Source: Ginkgo biloba
Taxonomy: Eukaryota; Plantae; Ginkgophyta
Direction: 5' to 3'
DNA length: 22,369 nt
Assembly (NCBI GenBank): GCA_024626585.2
Contig: JANKJI020000002.1
Location: 116,842,350 to 116,864,718 of the forward strand
Numbering within the stretch: position 1 is the stretch's first letter; each line of letters starts with the position of its first letter. The notes below the pieces were generated by a model. That model did no database searches. It saw nothing but the letters and a program-made list of their open reading frames with translations, and was not told where the DNA came from. The position numbers and the translations under genes are program-made. Shown in pieces: positions 1-10,038 of this stretch.

Positions 1-896
1 CATTATATACACACTAAATAATTTATATTACATACTTAAAATATAGTTATTTTTTAATTCACCAGGTATGAGTACGAATTTGAGTTCAATAGGTAAAAAA
101 ATCATAAAAAAATTGAAGGGATTAAAATAATTCAAGAAAATATTCCATAAAGTTAGTTAAATAAAATAATATTACTATATATATTGAGAGAAGGGTATTG
201 TAGATGACCATGCAAACTTTAAACCCCCCCCAAAAAAGTTCAAAAATAAGAATGCAACAACCATAAAAAGACCATGAAAATTGAGATTAATCAATAAATA
301 GATCACACACAAGTTATAACTACAAGTAAAGAAGAAATCATGGCTATTTTTTAAAAACAAAATAAATAAAAACAAAATTAAAAACCAAAGATCTCTAAGA
401 TGACTCATCGTTGGGCTTGGGTGAGTGAATACAACTTCTCTCTCATCTAATTTAATATGTTGTGCCTATGCTCCTCTACGCACACAACCAACCCGGTGAG
501 ATGGCGCATGGTTATCCTTGACCTAAGATACCACAATGACACAAATAACCTAAATGGCGCATAGTGCAATATGATAAACAATCCTAAGACCCAACACAGA
601 GCAACCCGAAGGTGAGACATAGTCATCAAACTCTATCTCTGCAAGCTGAGGGCCAAAATGCCATTTTCTTATTGGTCAACGCTTTGACCGTTGCCCTAAA
701 AAATTTGCTATTGTTGAGCGAACTTATTCGACCCATTAAAAAAATGATAAAAAATGATTTTTAATCAAAAAAAAAATTCCGTACCTTGTGACTTAGGGTA
801 GAATTACCATACTTTCCTTATCTTGTATGTTGATTAGAAATATGCAATGGATACAAATAGTTGTTGGATTTTGTTTTGTATACAATGATACATATG

Positions 897-1126
897 ATTA
901 AAAGGGGTTAAAAAATTATTGGAATTTAGAGATACAAAATAGAGGGTGAATAAAAAAATATTAAGAACTAATATAGGGGTAATATTTATAAGGTCTATCG
1001 TGCAAGTGTACAATTGTACATAGTATTAAAAGAGATTAAAAATGTATTGGGCATGCAAAATGGCAGGTGAAAAAAAGGGTTAGGAGTTTGTATAGGGGTA
1101 ATATTTATATAGTATATCATGCAAGC
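897..1126. repeat. Old imperfect tandem duplication (~120-128 bp period)
   Basis: tataggggtaatatttata..tatc(g/a)tgcaag occurs at 972 and 1091; attaaaag(g/a)g(g/a)ttaaaaa..tattgg occurs at 897 and 1025. Confidence 0.7.
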
Positions 1127-2278
1127 ATTTTGATATAACTACCTGACCCCCTTTCAGTGCCTTGTACTTTTATTAAATATTTTTCAAAATGTTGGTAGAT
1201 CTTGAGGCAGACTCTTTATATTATGACTTAAGCAAACCTTATAAACAATACAAAGTGCAAGTTTATTTCTTTGATTCACAAGCTCCTTAAGTTTTATTTC
1301 TTNNNNNNNNNNNNNNNNNNNNNNNNNNNNNTTACCCCTTCTGCTAGTGGATGGTTCTCATCTTCCTTTTAACCTATGCTGCAAAGCATACAAACATATT
1401 CCCTTACACTCTTTCATCTATGCCTTAAAACCACGAGATTGATATAGAAGAGATGCTTTATAAATTAATCTTAGATTTTAGGGCCTTCCAATTTTCCTCA
1501 GCCATACAAAACATCATGCAGAGTTGTGGGGGATGGGGGTACCTTTAAGGATTCCTACTTGCTCTCTTAAATTTTTGAGGGACATGCGGGCACACAGCCA
1601 AGCAAGATGTATTCAAGGATAATTCACATCAACATGGGCATCCACACCTTTTGCAGCATATATAGATTCTGTAACACCTAATTCAGAATGTTTGGGGAAA
1701 ATTAAGAATATGCCCCATAATCCACTTTCAGAAATGCACGAAACCAGTTCTAAACAACTAGGACTCTAACTTGAAACAAATCAGATGTTATCCATGTTGT
1801 GGTGGCCTAGGGCTCAAGGTGGGTGGGCTTTTTAGCTGTATCAATTTAGCAATAGGACAAAGTTTAAAACTGCCAATGGCCTATACAAAGTAGTTTACAC
1901 AACTAGTGTGGGTTGGACCAACTTTATGTACCAGATGCAATAGTTTATCTTGGGTTCCAATGTTGACCATTTCAAGTGCCTCATACCACCTCTACACTTT
2001 CCTACTGCCAAAAAAGCTATTTTAATTCATCAATGCTAACATCTTCCCTCAGCTTATGGGGTCCATTGCAGAAGGTTGTTGCTTAAAGTTGATGTAGTTG
2101 AAAGAAGGAATTAAATAGTTTGATGTTATGATTATGGTACCTGAGAAAGCATGCATTAAAGTCTATAAATAATCAATACCAAGTTCCTCTGATTTCCACT
2201 ACTCAAGCAAATCATTTGATGAGTTTTTCAGAAAAAAGTGTTTTATTGATGTTAAGGCCTCGAGACCAATAAAAGTAA

Positions 2279-2365
2279 GTTACTATTATAGAAGATGTCA
2301 TACATAAAAAGAATAACAAAATGTTTGCATGTTATTACTATAGAATATGTCATACATTAAAATAA
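2279..2365. repeat. Imperfect direct repeat, 52-bp offset
   Basis: gttactattatagaagatgtcatacataaaaa (2279) versus gttattactatagaatatgtcatacattaaaa (2331). Confidence 0.8.
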
Positions 2366-2523
2366 AATGAATGATACACTCTCCAAGTTTGGGAATGCTT
2401 TCCAAGAGATAATAGGATTACCACCTATTAGGGAAATTAAACATTCAATTGATTTACAATAAGATGCAATCTTGCCAAATTTGTTGCTTTATAAAAGATT
2501 TATGTTGGAGAACAAAGAAATAG

Positions 2524-3230
2524 TTGCAAGAATTGTTGAATAAAAATCACATAAGACCTAGTTCTTCTCCATGTGGATCACCTATGGTATTGGTACCAAA
2601 AAAATATGGTAGTTGGTGTATGCACATCAATTTCTAAGCACTAAACAAGATCGCCATTAAGAATAGATATCTGCTACCTAGAATAGAGGAATTGTTGGAC
2701 CAATTACAAGAAGCCAGAAATTTCAACAAGAATGATCTGAAGTAAGCTTATCATTAGGAGAAAATCAAAGAGGATGTGTGGAAGATAACCTTCAAGACAC
2801 GGCAAGACCTGTATGAATGACTTGTAATTCCCTTTGGGCTCATGAATGCATTGGCCAAATTCGTGCAACTCACAAATGAGGTATTAAGGTTGTACCTAGA
2901 TAGATTGTCATTATGTATTTATATGACATTATAAGTTTTAGCAAAATTGAGGAGGAACACTTGCAACANNNNNNNNNNNNNNNNNNNNNNNNNNNNNNNN
3001 NNNNNNNNNNNNNNNNNNNNNNNNNNNNNNNNNNNNNNNNNNNNNNNNNNNNNNNNNNNNNTAGAGAAAAATAGATTGGTTCTTGAAAGCTCAACACCAA
3101 AGAATCTAAATGAGCTCAAATTTTTTTTGGGCATGACAAAAATTTTGAGAAAGTTCATTTATGGCTATTTCAAGGTGGCGCTTCCTCTCACTACTTTGAG
3201 AAGTGGAACCCAACATATGTTTGGATAGCA
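2524..3230 (+). pseudogene. Reverse transcriptase domain (RT_LTR, gypsy type), inactivated
   Basis: LQELLNKNHIRPSSSPCGSPMVLVPKKYGSWCMHINF*ALNKIAIKNRYLLPRIEELLDQLQEA..FKTRQDLYE*LVIPFGLMNALAKF..MYLYDIISFSKIEEEHLQ. The catalytic YLDD is mutated to YLYD. After the gap it reads PKNLNELKFFLGMTKILRKFIYGYFKVALPLT. Confidence 0.95.
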
Positions 3231-3319
3231 ACACAAGAAGCAACTTTTGAAGAATGAAAGCAAAGGATTGCAATGCACTAATCAGTTTAAAGCTTCCTTT
3301 TTGAAATAGAGGTGAATGC

Positions 3320-3625
3320 ATGAAAGTATACTTTGGGATTAGTGCTTACTCAACAAGGAAGATCTCTTGCATATTATTCAGAAACATTTTGCAAAGTTGT
3401 CCACAATTACAACGCATGTGACAAAGAAATGTGCGCAATAGTGCAAGCAGTGAAGTTCTGAAGATCTTACCTACTTGGCAAAGAAACCATAATTCACTCT
3501 AATCACAAGCCATTGCAGTACCTACAAACATAGTCAAAACTACAAAATAACAAACACCTATTTGTAGCACTTCAATTTGGTGATCCAAAACAAAATAAGG
3601 TAGTTGATTTTCTTTCTAGACCTCC
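3320..3625 (+). pseudogene. RNase H domain (RNase_HI_RT_Ty3), inactivated
   Basis: GLVLTQQGRSLAYYSETFCKVVHNYNACDKEMCAIVQAVKF*RSYLLGKETIIHSNHKPLQYL, followed by NKVVDFLSRPP (canonical NxVADALSR). Confidence 0.9.
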
Positions 3626-3839
3626 TCTTTCTGGCATGAATTCCATTTTGGAGTTAAATTCATTTTCCTTTGAAGAACTTAAAGAATTGTGTAGGGAGGA
3701 TAAAAACTTTGTAGAAGTCTATGTTGCTCTTAGACAAAAGAAAATAGTCCTAGAGGAAGAAATAAGACATCAACACATCTCTACCATGTGTAAATTGAAT
3801 GCAATTGCATGCTAAATGGAGGGCATTGAATATAGTTGA

Positions 3840-4867
3840 TGTGAGAAACTCATCATTCAAGGCGCTTTGGTGCTCAAAAGACATTGAGGCATGTGCATTG
3901 GCCAAAGATGGCAATTGTTGTAGAAAAAATCATAAAGGGATGCTCGCTTTGTAGCATTTCCAACCAATCAATAGAAATATATTTTATGTAAGCTTCTTCT
4001 AGTGCACACTAGACCATGAGAATCGATCTCCATGGAATTTTTGGATGGTTTGCCCACCACCACAAAACAAAATGATTATTTGTTTGTGATTGTTGACAAG
4101 TTCAGTAAGATAGTCACTCTCATTCCCCATAAGAAGATAAGCACAAGGTAATAGGCAGCTAAATTATTTTTCACCCATGTATGGATGCATTTCAGATTAC
4201 TTCTATCCATAATTTTAGGTAAGGATAGCAGGTTCTTTAGCCATTTTTGAATGACAATTTAGGCACTTGTGGATATAAAGATGAAAAAGAGTGCAACCTT
4301 CCATTCACAAAATGATGCACAAAATAGAAGTGCGAAACAGACGATGGTTCAGTTGTTAAGAATGTTAAATCGTAAGCATCAAAGAACATGGAATGAGAGT
4401 ATCTCATATATCCAACATAATTACAACAATGTTGTATTGACTCTCTTCAGTTGTCATCTTTTGAAGCATGTCTTGTGTTTCAACCCCAATCTCCATTGGA
4501 GTTGGCTTTACAAGTATCAACAACTAAATCTATCAAAGAGGAAATTGCACAACAACAAGCTCTCAAGATTATTGAACATGTTAAGCAAGTTCAAAAATAG
4601 GTACAAGAAAATCAGTTCAAGGACCAATGAAAGTATAAACCAAGGCATGACAAGCATCAAGTTGATCACTCCTTTTAAGTGGAAGACAAAGCATGGCTAC
4701 ATTTGCCAAAGAAAAAATTCAAGGGACAACATCAAAAGATCAAATGCATTATGTATGTGCCATTCAAAATCATTGAGCAAATTGATGAGAGTGATTTCAA
4801 ATTGCATTTACAACCATACACAGGGTTGCGCCCAATGTTCAATGTTGCTCAATTGAAATTGTTTTAG
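3840..4867 (+). pseudogene. Integrase (HHCC zinc finger, rve core, GPY/F motif), inactivated
   Basis: HHSRRFGAQKTL..WPKM..IIKGCSLC (zinc finger); RP*ESISMEFLDGLPTT..IVDKFSKIV..AAKLFFTHVWMHF..KDSRFFSHF..KMKKSATFHSQNDAQ (core); MYVPFKIIEQI..LRPMFNVAQLKLF (GPF region, ORF 4679..4867). Confidence 0.93.
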
Positions 4868-5126
4868 CCTTCAATATTGGATCATGATGAAGATCTTAAG
4901 GTTTTAACACCTCTAATTGAAGAACTGATTCCAAATATGCACAACATTTTGGATGAAGACACCATTCTACAATCAAAAGATCAACAAACACAATAGGGAT
5001 CACTGAAATTGTACCAAGCCAAAAAAATTGACCAAAATTTGTAAGATGATAGATGGTTCACTATAAAACGATTGCAAACAAGTATTTCTCATCTTAAGCA
5101 AAAGATAATGGGGACCATTTATGTTA

Positions 5127-5680
5127 TCAAGTGAACCTTCTCTTGATAAGTGTGAAAAAGGACAAGTTGTCTTTAGAGGCTAGTACATGTATTTTGCATC
5201 TATTGGTTAGTATTCTGAATAAAGTCATAAAGACATAAGGTAACCCCAACGTTAAGCGCATCCCTTTTGTGGTGCACTGTGCCCAACATTTGGCATAAAT
5301 AGGGGCTTGCTTAAGCTTAAGCAACCCCTAAGACATCATAATCTCATTTAATGCAAGGCACTCTCTCTATCTCTAATTTTCTTTGTTCTGGCTAGAAAAT
5401 CTTAACCACGTAAGTTGCCATTTTCTATTGTTCCTGCTTTCTACATACTTTGGAGCCAGAACGCTGTCACTATATCAGATCTCTTCTTTAGAGGAAGGTG
5501 ACTTCATTACACGTGTTTGTTTGGAGGTTTGCTACAAATTTGGGCACAGGGAACCCCTAGAAGAAGTCACAGGGCTTCTTGGTATCCAACGATAGGTTTT
5601 TGCATGTTGACTTAACATTGCCTTGCCTTCTGTATCAAGACCCAACACTTTGAATGGATGGACTGAGGCATTTTGCATCA
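5127..5680 (+). repeat. 3' LTR (5'-truncated) of the plus-strand gypsy element
   Basis: It directly follows the end of pol and ends in ...GCATCA at 5680. It has a TATA-like cataaata at ~5293 followed by a CT-rich tract. Bases 5127-5420 align with the reverse complement of 9346-9744. Confidence 0.7.
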
Positions 5681-6826
5681 AACCAATATTCTAGACTATT
5701 AGCCTTGACATTTTATCCAGGTTTCTAGTTTTGTAAGTGTTTTTTGAATTGTAGCGCTACTATTATTTCTAGAATATATAAATTAATGAAGTTTTTGCAA
5801 TTTTATAACAAAATTGTATTTATAGGTTATTTATACTTGTGGCAANNNNNNNNNNNNNNNNNNNNNNNNNNNNNNNNNNNNNNNNNNNNNNNNNNNNNNN
5901 NNNNNNNNNNNNNNNNNNNNNNNNNNNNNNNNNNNNNNNNNNNNNTATACTTACTTACATTTGAAAAATTTAAATCCAGATCCATGAAATTATAATATGA
6001 TGGAGAAGAATGTACTAAGAATTTTTTTTTGAAACGACTCGATTTTGCAAATTTGGGGTCGATTTTTGAATAATTCCTCTAGATTTGTGAATCTCTGCCA
6101 GTTTTTTTGGTGCAGGGTGTGTCGCCCAATCCTCCAAGTTTGTGTTGCAAGAGTGCTCGGGAGGTCAGGGCCTTGTTGGGCATAGGCCAAGTTGTGTTGC
6201 GTTGCGCGGCAGGGGGCCGCACAAGCTCGCAGGTGTTGCGAGGGGCGTGGGTCGCTGTGCAGACTTGGGGGCGTGGTTAGGAGCCGCAAGGGCATGGCTT
6301 GGGGGCCACAGGAGCAAGGGCACTGGGCGTCGGTTAGAATAGAGCAGGGGGGGCCTAGGCGAATCCACAGGAGGGCCATTGGGAGGTTGGAGTAGGGGAG
6401 ACACCACCAAAGATGCCAACCAAAATGAAATAGTTGCCACTGATTGAAAAACAACCCCACAATATAAAACCGAATCCACCCAAGGAGGGATAAAACTACC
6501 AATGGATACCGAATCAACAAGACACGAAAATTGCGACAACCCAAAACCACGAACAAGAAATCGCCAAAGATGCAAAGGAGGAAACTACCCTGCAGGAGAA
6601 AATCGATTGTCCACAAACCATGAAATCGCCCTGAATGTTGAAACCACCTATGCATCGAAAGAGAGAAACCACCAAGGGATGAAAACTGTTGTTCGATTTT
6701 GAAAACCACCAAGTCCTCCGAAAATTCGAATGGGAGTGAAATCGAAAACGGTTTTAGAAGAAAACCACTTAACGAGGAANNNNNNNNNNNNNNNNNNNNN
6801 NNNNNNNNNNNNNNNNNNNNNNNNNN

Positions 6827-7281
6827 CAATAAACACCTGATTTAATAGGATCGAACTGATTGGGTGAGAGAGATGCAAAGAAACAAATAGAGTGCTCAAC
6901 AAGTGCAAAACCCTAATGAGAGAAAAACAACTCAATTGCTTTTCATTAGAAGAAGTTCACTATTTATAAGTGAGGAGAGAAAAGTGATTTCTCACCTTTA
7001 CAAATGTGGGATATACCCTTTTAGGTGAAAGTTAAAANNNNNNNNNNNNNNNNNNNNNNNNNNNNNNNNNNNNNNNNNNNNNNNNNNNNNNNNNNNNNNN
7101 NNNNNNNNNNNNNNNNNNNNNNNNNNNNNNNNNNNNNATTAGATTTGCATGTTCAGAAAGTAGCCATTGAGAGCTTTGCAATGATATTTGTTTTCGAACC
7201 ATAGAGTTCATGTACGAAAGTTATGACCTCCAAAAGATTTCCTACTAAAGTTTTTAGAAGACGAAGATTCCAATCCTAACA
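6827..7281 (-). repeat. LTR-like segment (minus strand), interrupted by a gap
   Basis: It has a reverse TATA box (ctatttataag at ~6960) followed on minus by a CT-rich leader, and a possible TGTTAGGA terminus at 7281. That terminus also overlaps the adjacent tandem repeat, so it is uncertain. Confidence 0.4.
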
Positions 7282-7439
7282 TATACATGGAGATTGTGTG
7301 GTATAACTAAGAATCCAGCAAGGATCGTACTATGAAATTCAGCTACAATTTCCTCAACATATATATGGAGATTGTGTGGTATAACTAAGAATCCAGCAAG
7401 GATCATAACATGAAATTCAGCTGCAATTTTCCTCTACAT
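7278..7439. repeat. Tandem duplication, 78-bp period, two near-identical copies
   Basis: aacatata(c/t)atggagattgtgtggtataactaagaatccagcaaggatc..atgaaattcagct(a/g)caattt starts at 7278 and again at 7356. Confidence 0.95.
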
Positions 7440-8259
7440 GTCTACTATCTAAGTATAGGTGTGATCTGTTACGACCTGCGAAAAACAAGCACGATCCTGC
7501 ACTATGATCCAGATTGTACCCCAAGACTGTATACAAAATCATACTTCATGAGTGAATTTTTTGAACTGAAATGGTTGGAAAGAATGCAGAAATGTTACCC
7601 TGCATGTCTAAAGAAGCCATCAAAGAAAATATGGCAGTTAAAGCAAGAAACCATTTAGTTTCTTGGAAATGGAACAATTACTAAGAAGATATATGAAAAA
7701 AACAACAGGACCATAAGATTCTTGGCATGTGGCCAGAAAAGAAGTTTTCTTGGAACAAAAAAAAGGCATCCATGGAACTAGAGATTGCTGCAGAATGCCC
7801 AGAGATGTAATCTTACTTACAATATACTGTTGTTGTAAGGAAATTGTATGTAAATAAAATCGAGAGTTGATACCCAAATTGTTAATGTGTGCACTCTATT
7901 GAAATATTTTGTTTTGTTGCTTAAAATCTGCATGTTGTGCATGAAATATTTTGTTAATGCTTCTGCTTGTTGGACACATAGCAGTTTGGGATCATGGTTA
8001 TAATTAAATACGTTTCAATTGTTAACACGAATGAACAAAACATCAGGATTTTCTCATAGTCGAGAAAATTCTCAACTACCTTTTAATCATGTGTTGACTG
8101 CTCCATATATTTTAACTGATTCTCAAAGAATTTCAGAATCATTTCAATAGATTATAATTTTAATCTTTTCATTAAAACTATACATGATTAATAACCATAT
8201 CCTATAAACATAAAACTAGCAATTTACAACCATTTGAATGCTTTAAGGAAACTTTAGGA

Positions 8260-9240
8260 ATTACTGTTAAATTGATGAGTCCAACTGATGCCAGCTTGAG
8301 GTGTGTTTCCAAGCGTTGCAGCATAAACAGGAGACAACATGTTTTTGTCATTCAGCTTCTGAACTGCCTGCAAAGTCACAAACAGACAATGGCCACACTA
8401 TTTAGAAAATGTGATCGATTCACACTTTGTGTGCACTCCAAACAAACATTAAATACCACTTTAGGAAACAATAGAGAAATTTATCCCCAATCCAAAGCAA
8501 TCATTGTTGATCTATGGCTGTATCACAACTGATCTTGAATAGGCAACTCTACTATCTTAACTACAGTTTTGGGGTGTACTTAGAAATAAACAATTCATAG
8601 AATAAAGAATTTAAATTGTATTTTCTCTTCCAAAAAATCAACAAGATACACTCATTGATGGTGCATATTCACCTTGCTCCAAAAGTGTCCATTTTATCTC
8701 TTTTCCAAGTGCATGGACCCATCTAACTTCACTTTGATCTCATCTCTATTCCTGTGCAATGAATGCGGGATGATAACAGGCTGGTAATCTGCAAAGACTG
8801 TCGATGATGATTCATCACAGAATATCAACATTACTAGGGAAACGTTTAGATTGGACTTCAATGCACAATGTTTATAAAATTAATTCAATATAACCTGTCT
8901 CCAAGTGTGTAGCACATACAAGTAATTCCTGGCCAAATACAAAGCTTTCAGTAAGTTCAATAACTCATAGAGAGTTGTGTGTTTATGGAAACTCAGAGAG
9001 TATTCCACCTTTATGAGGGAGCAGCACAGCTAATGTTCCCAAAGCAAATAGGTCAGCAAGGGAGACAAAGTAGGAGCTCAGTCTGTGTAGGGCAGCAACA
9101 CAGTCAATGTAGAAGATGTGTGGCTCGCACAATGCAATAATTCCTTGTGTTCTACCAAGATCGCAACCATTAGAAGTGCTAAGGAAAAATGCTGTTGATA
9201 CAAGAAAATAGATTATTGCTTCTAGAGATATCACCATGTT
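8260..9240 (-). other. Putative spliced exon cluster (3 exons, 2 introns) with no clear ORF; lncRNA, UTR or pseudogene
   Basis: Minus strand: donor CAG|GTTATA (8895/8894), 106-nt AT-rich intron, acceptor TTTGCAG| (8788), 116-nt exon, donor AAG|GTGAAT (8673/8672), 305-nt intron, acceptor TTTGCAG|G (8367). Outer boundaries are approximate. Confidence 0.45.
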
Positions 9241-9345
9241 CATGANNNNNNNNNNNNNNNNNNNNNNNNNNNNNNNNNNNNNNNNNNNNNNNNNNNNNNN
9301 NNNNNNNNNNNNNNNNNNNNNNNNNNNNNNNNNNNNNNNNNNNNN

Positions 9346-10038
9346 AAGACAACTTGTGTGGTTAAGATTCTCCAGCCAAAATGTTAAAAATGAGAGATAG
9401 AGAGGGAATGCCCCGCAGAAAGTGATAGTATAATGTCTTAGGGGTTGTTGAAGCCCAGACAAGCTGTTGCTTATGCCAAATTCTACGTAAAATCCACCAC
9501 ATAAGGGTTGAACATAACCTTGGTGCTACCCTATGCCCCAAGAAGCCCTTGATGGCTCTCTACCATCACAAATTACTCCTTGAAGGGAGGTGTGATCTGT
9601 TGGAGCACCATCATCACCCTTCTTTTCACAATTTTCTCTCCTTATGACTTTCTCGAAAGTAATGACCAATAAATGCAAAATACATGTACTAGCCTCTAAG
9701 GACATCTTCCTTTTTCATGCTTATCAAGATGAGGTTCGCTTGACTTTCTTGGGTTGTGTCAAGGGGATCTTCAAGGACAAGTCCAACCTTATGTAGGAGG
9801 TTGTGCCCAGTATTTTCAACATATATGGAGTTTGCTACAAGCTTTAGGAGCTCTACTTGCATCATAATCTTATTTCAACTTCGGTACCTTCATACTCTCT
9901 CTCAAATTCTATATTCTGGATTATTCTTGGCCTACTATCCCAAGGCTATGTTATTTTGTTGATTTCTGCATATTGTTAAAGCTGGAATAGTTGGAGTGTA
10001 ATGCAATTTTCGAAGCCTTTTGTACCTTCAAGTGATCA
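9346..10038 (-). repeat. Inverted LTR copy (probable solo LTR) of the same gypsy family; 3' end lost in an N gap
   Basis: The reverse complement reads tcaagcgaacctcatcttgataagcatgaaaaagga..ttagaggctagtacatgtattttgcat..aaagtcataa, matching 5127-5230. It also shares aacccctaagacat and an FWLENLNH-encoding stretch with 5325-5410. The boundary at 10038 (TGATC start on minus) is inferred. Confidence 0.8.

Larger units (their letters stand above)
2150..5120 (+). mobile_element. Degenerate Ty3/gypsy LTR retrotransposon pol region (RT, RNase H, integrase), probably CRM-like chromovirus; many stops and frameshifts
   Basis: Manual translation gives gypsy motifs in RT-RH-INT order: LISTTQANHLMSFSEKSVLLMLRP, GLPPIREIKHSIDL, IRPSSSPCGSPMVLVPKK, and integrase ESISMEFLDGLPTT..DYLFVIVDKFSK. 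The clade call is inference from motif style. Confidence 0.95.

Noticed and set aside
175-629. Two minus ORFs both containing MSHLR at their starts
   Set aside because: The nucleotide similarity is very short and the peptides are low-complexity and AT-driven; most likely coincidence or a tiny degenerate repeat.
4269-4856. 195-aa ORF as an intact gene
   Set aside because: Only parts of the N-terminal region are in the integrase frame; the rest is out-of-frame pol sequence after frameshifts.
5990-6829. 279-aa minus ORF and overlapping short ORFs
   Set aside because: They arise from GC-rich, stop-poor composition, start in a gap and show no recognisable domain.
7278-7439. CRISPR-like or system-associated array
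   Set aside because: Only two contiguous units with no unique spacers, no cas-like genes, and a eukaryotic TE context.
8800-8822. C-box-like TGATGA motifs suggesting an intronic C/D snoRNA
   Set aside because: No suitably placed D box (CTGA) with a terminal stem inside the intron; it is only a short imperfect palindrome.
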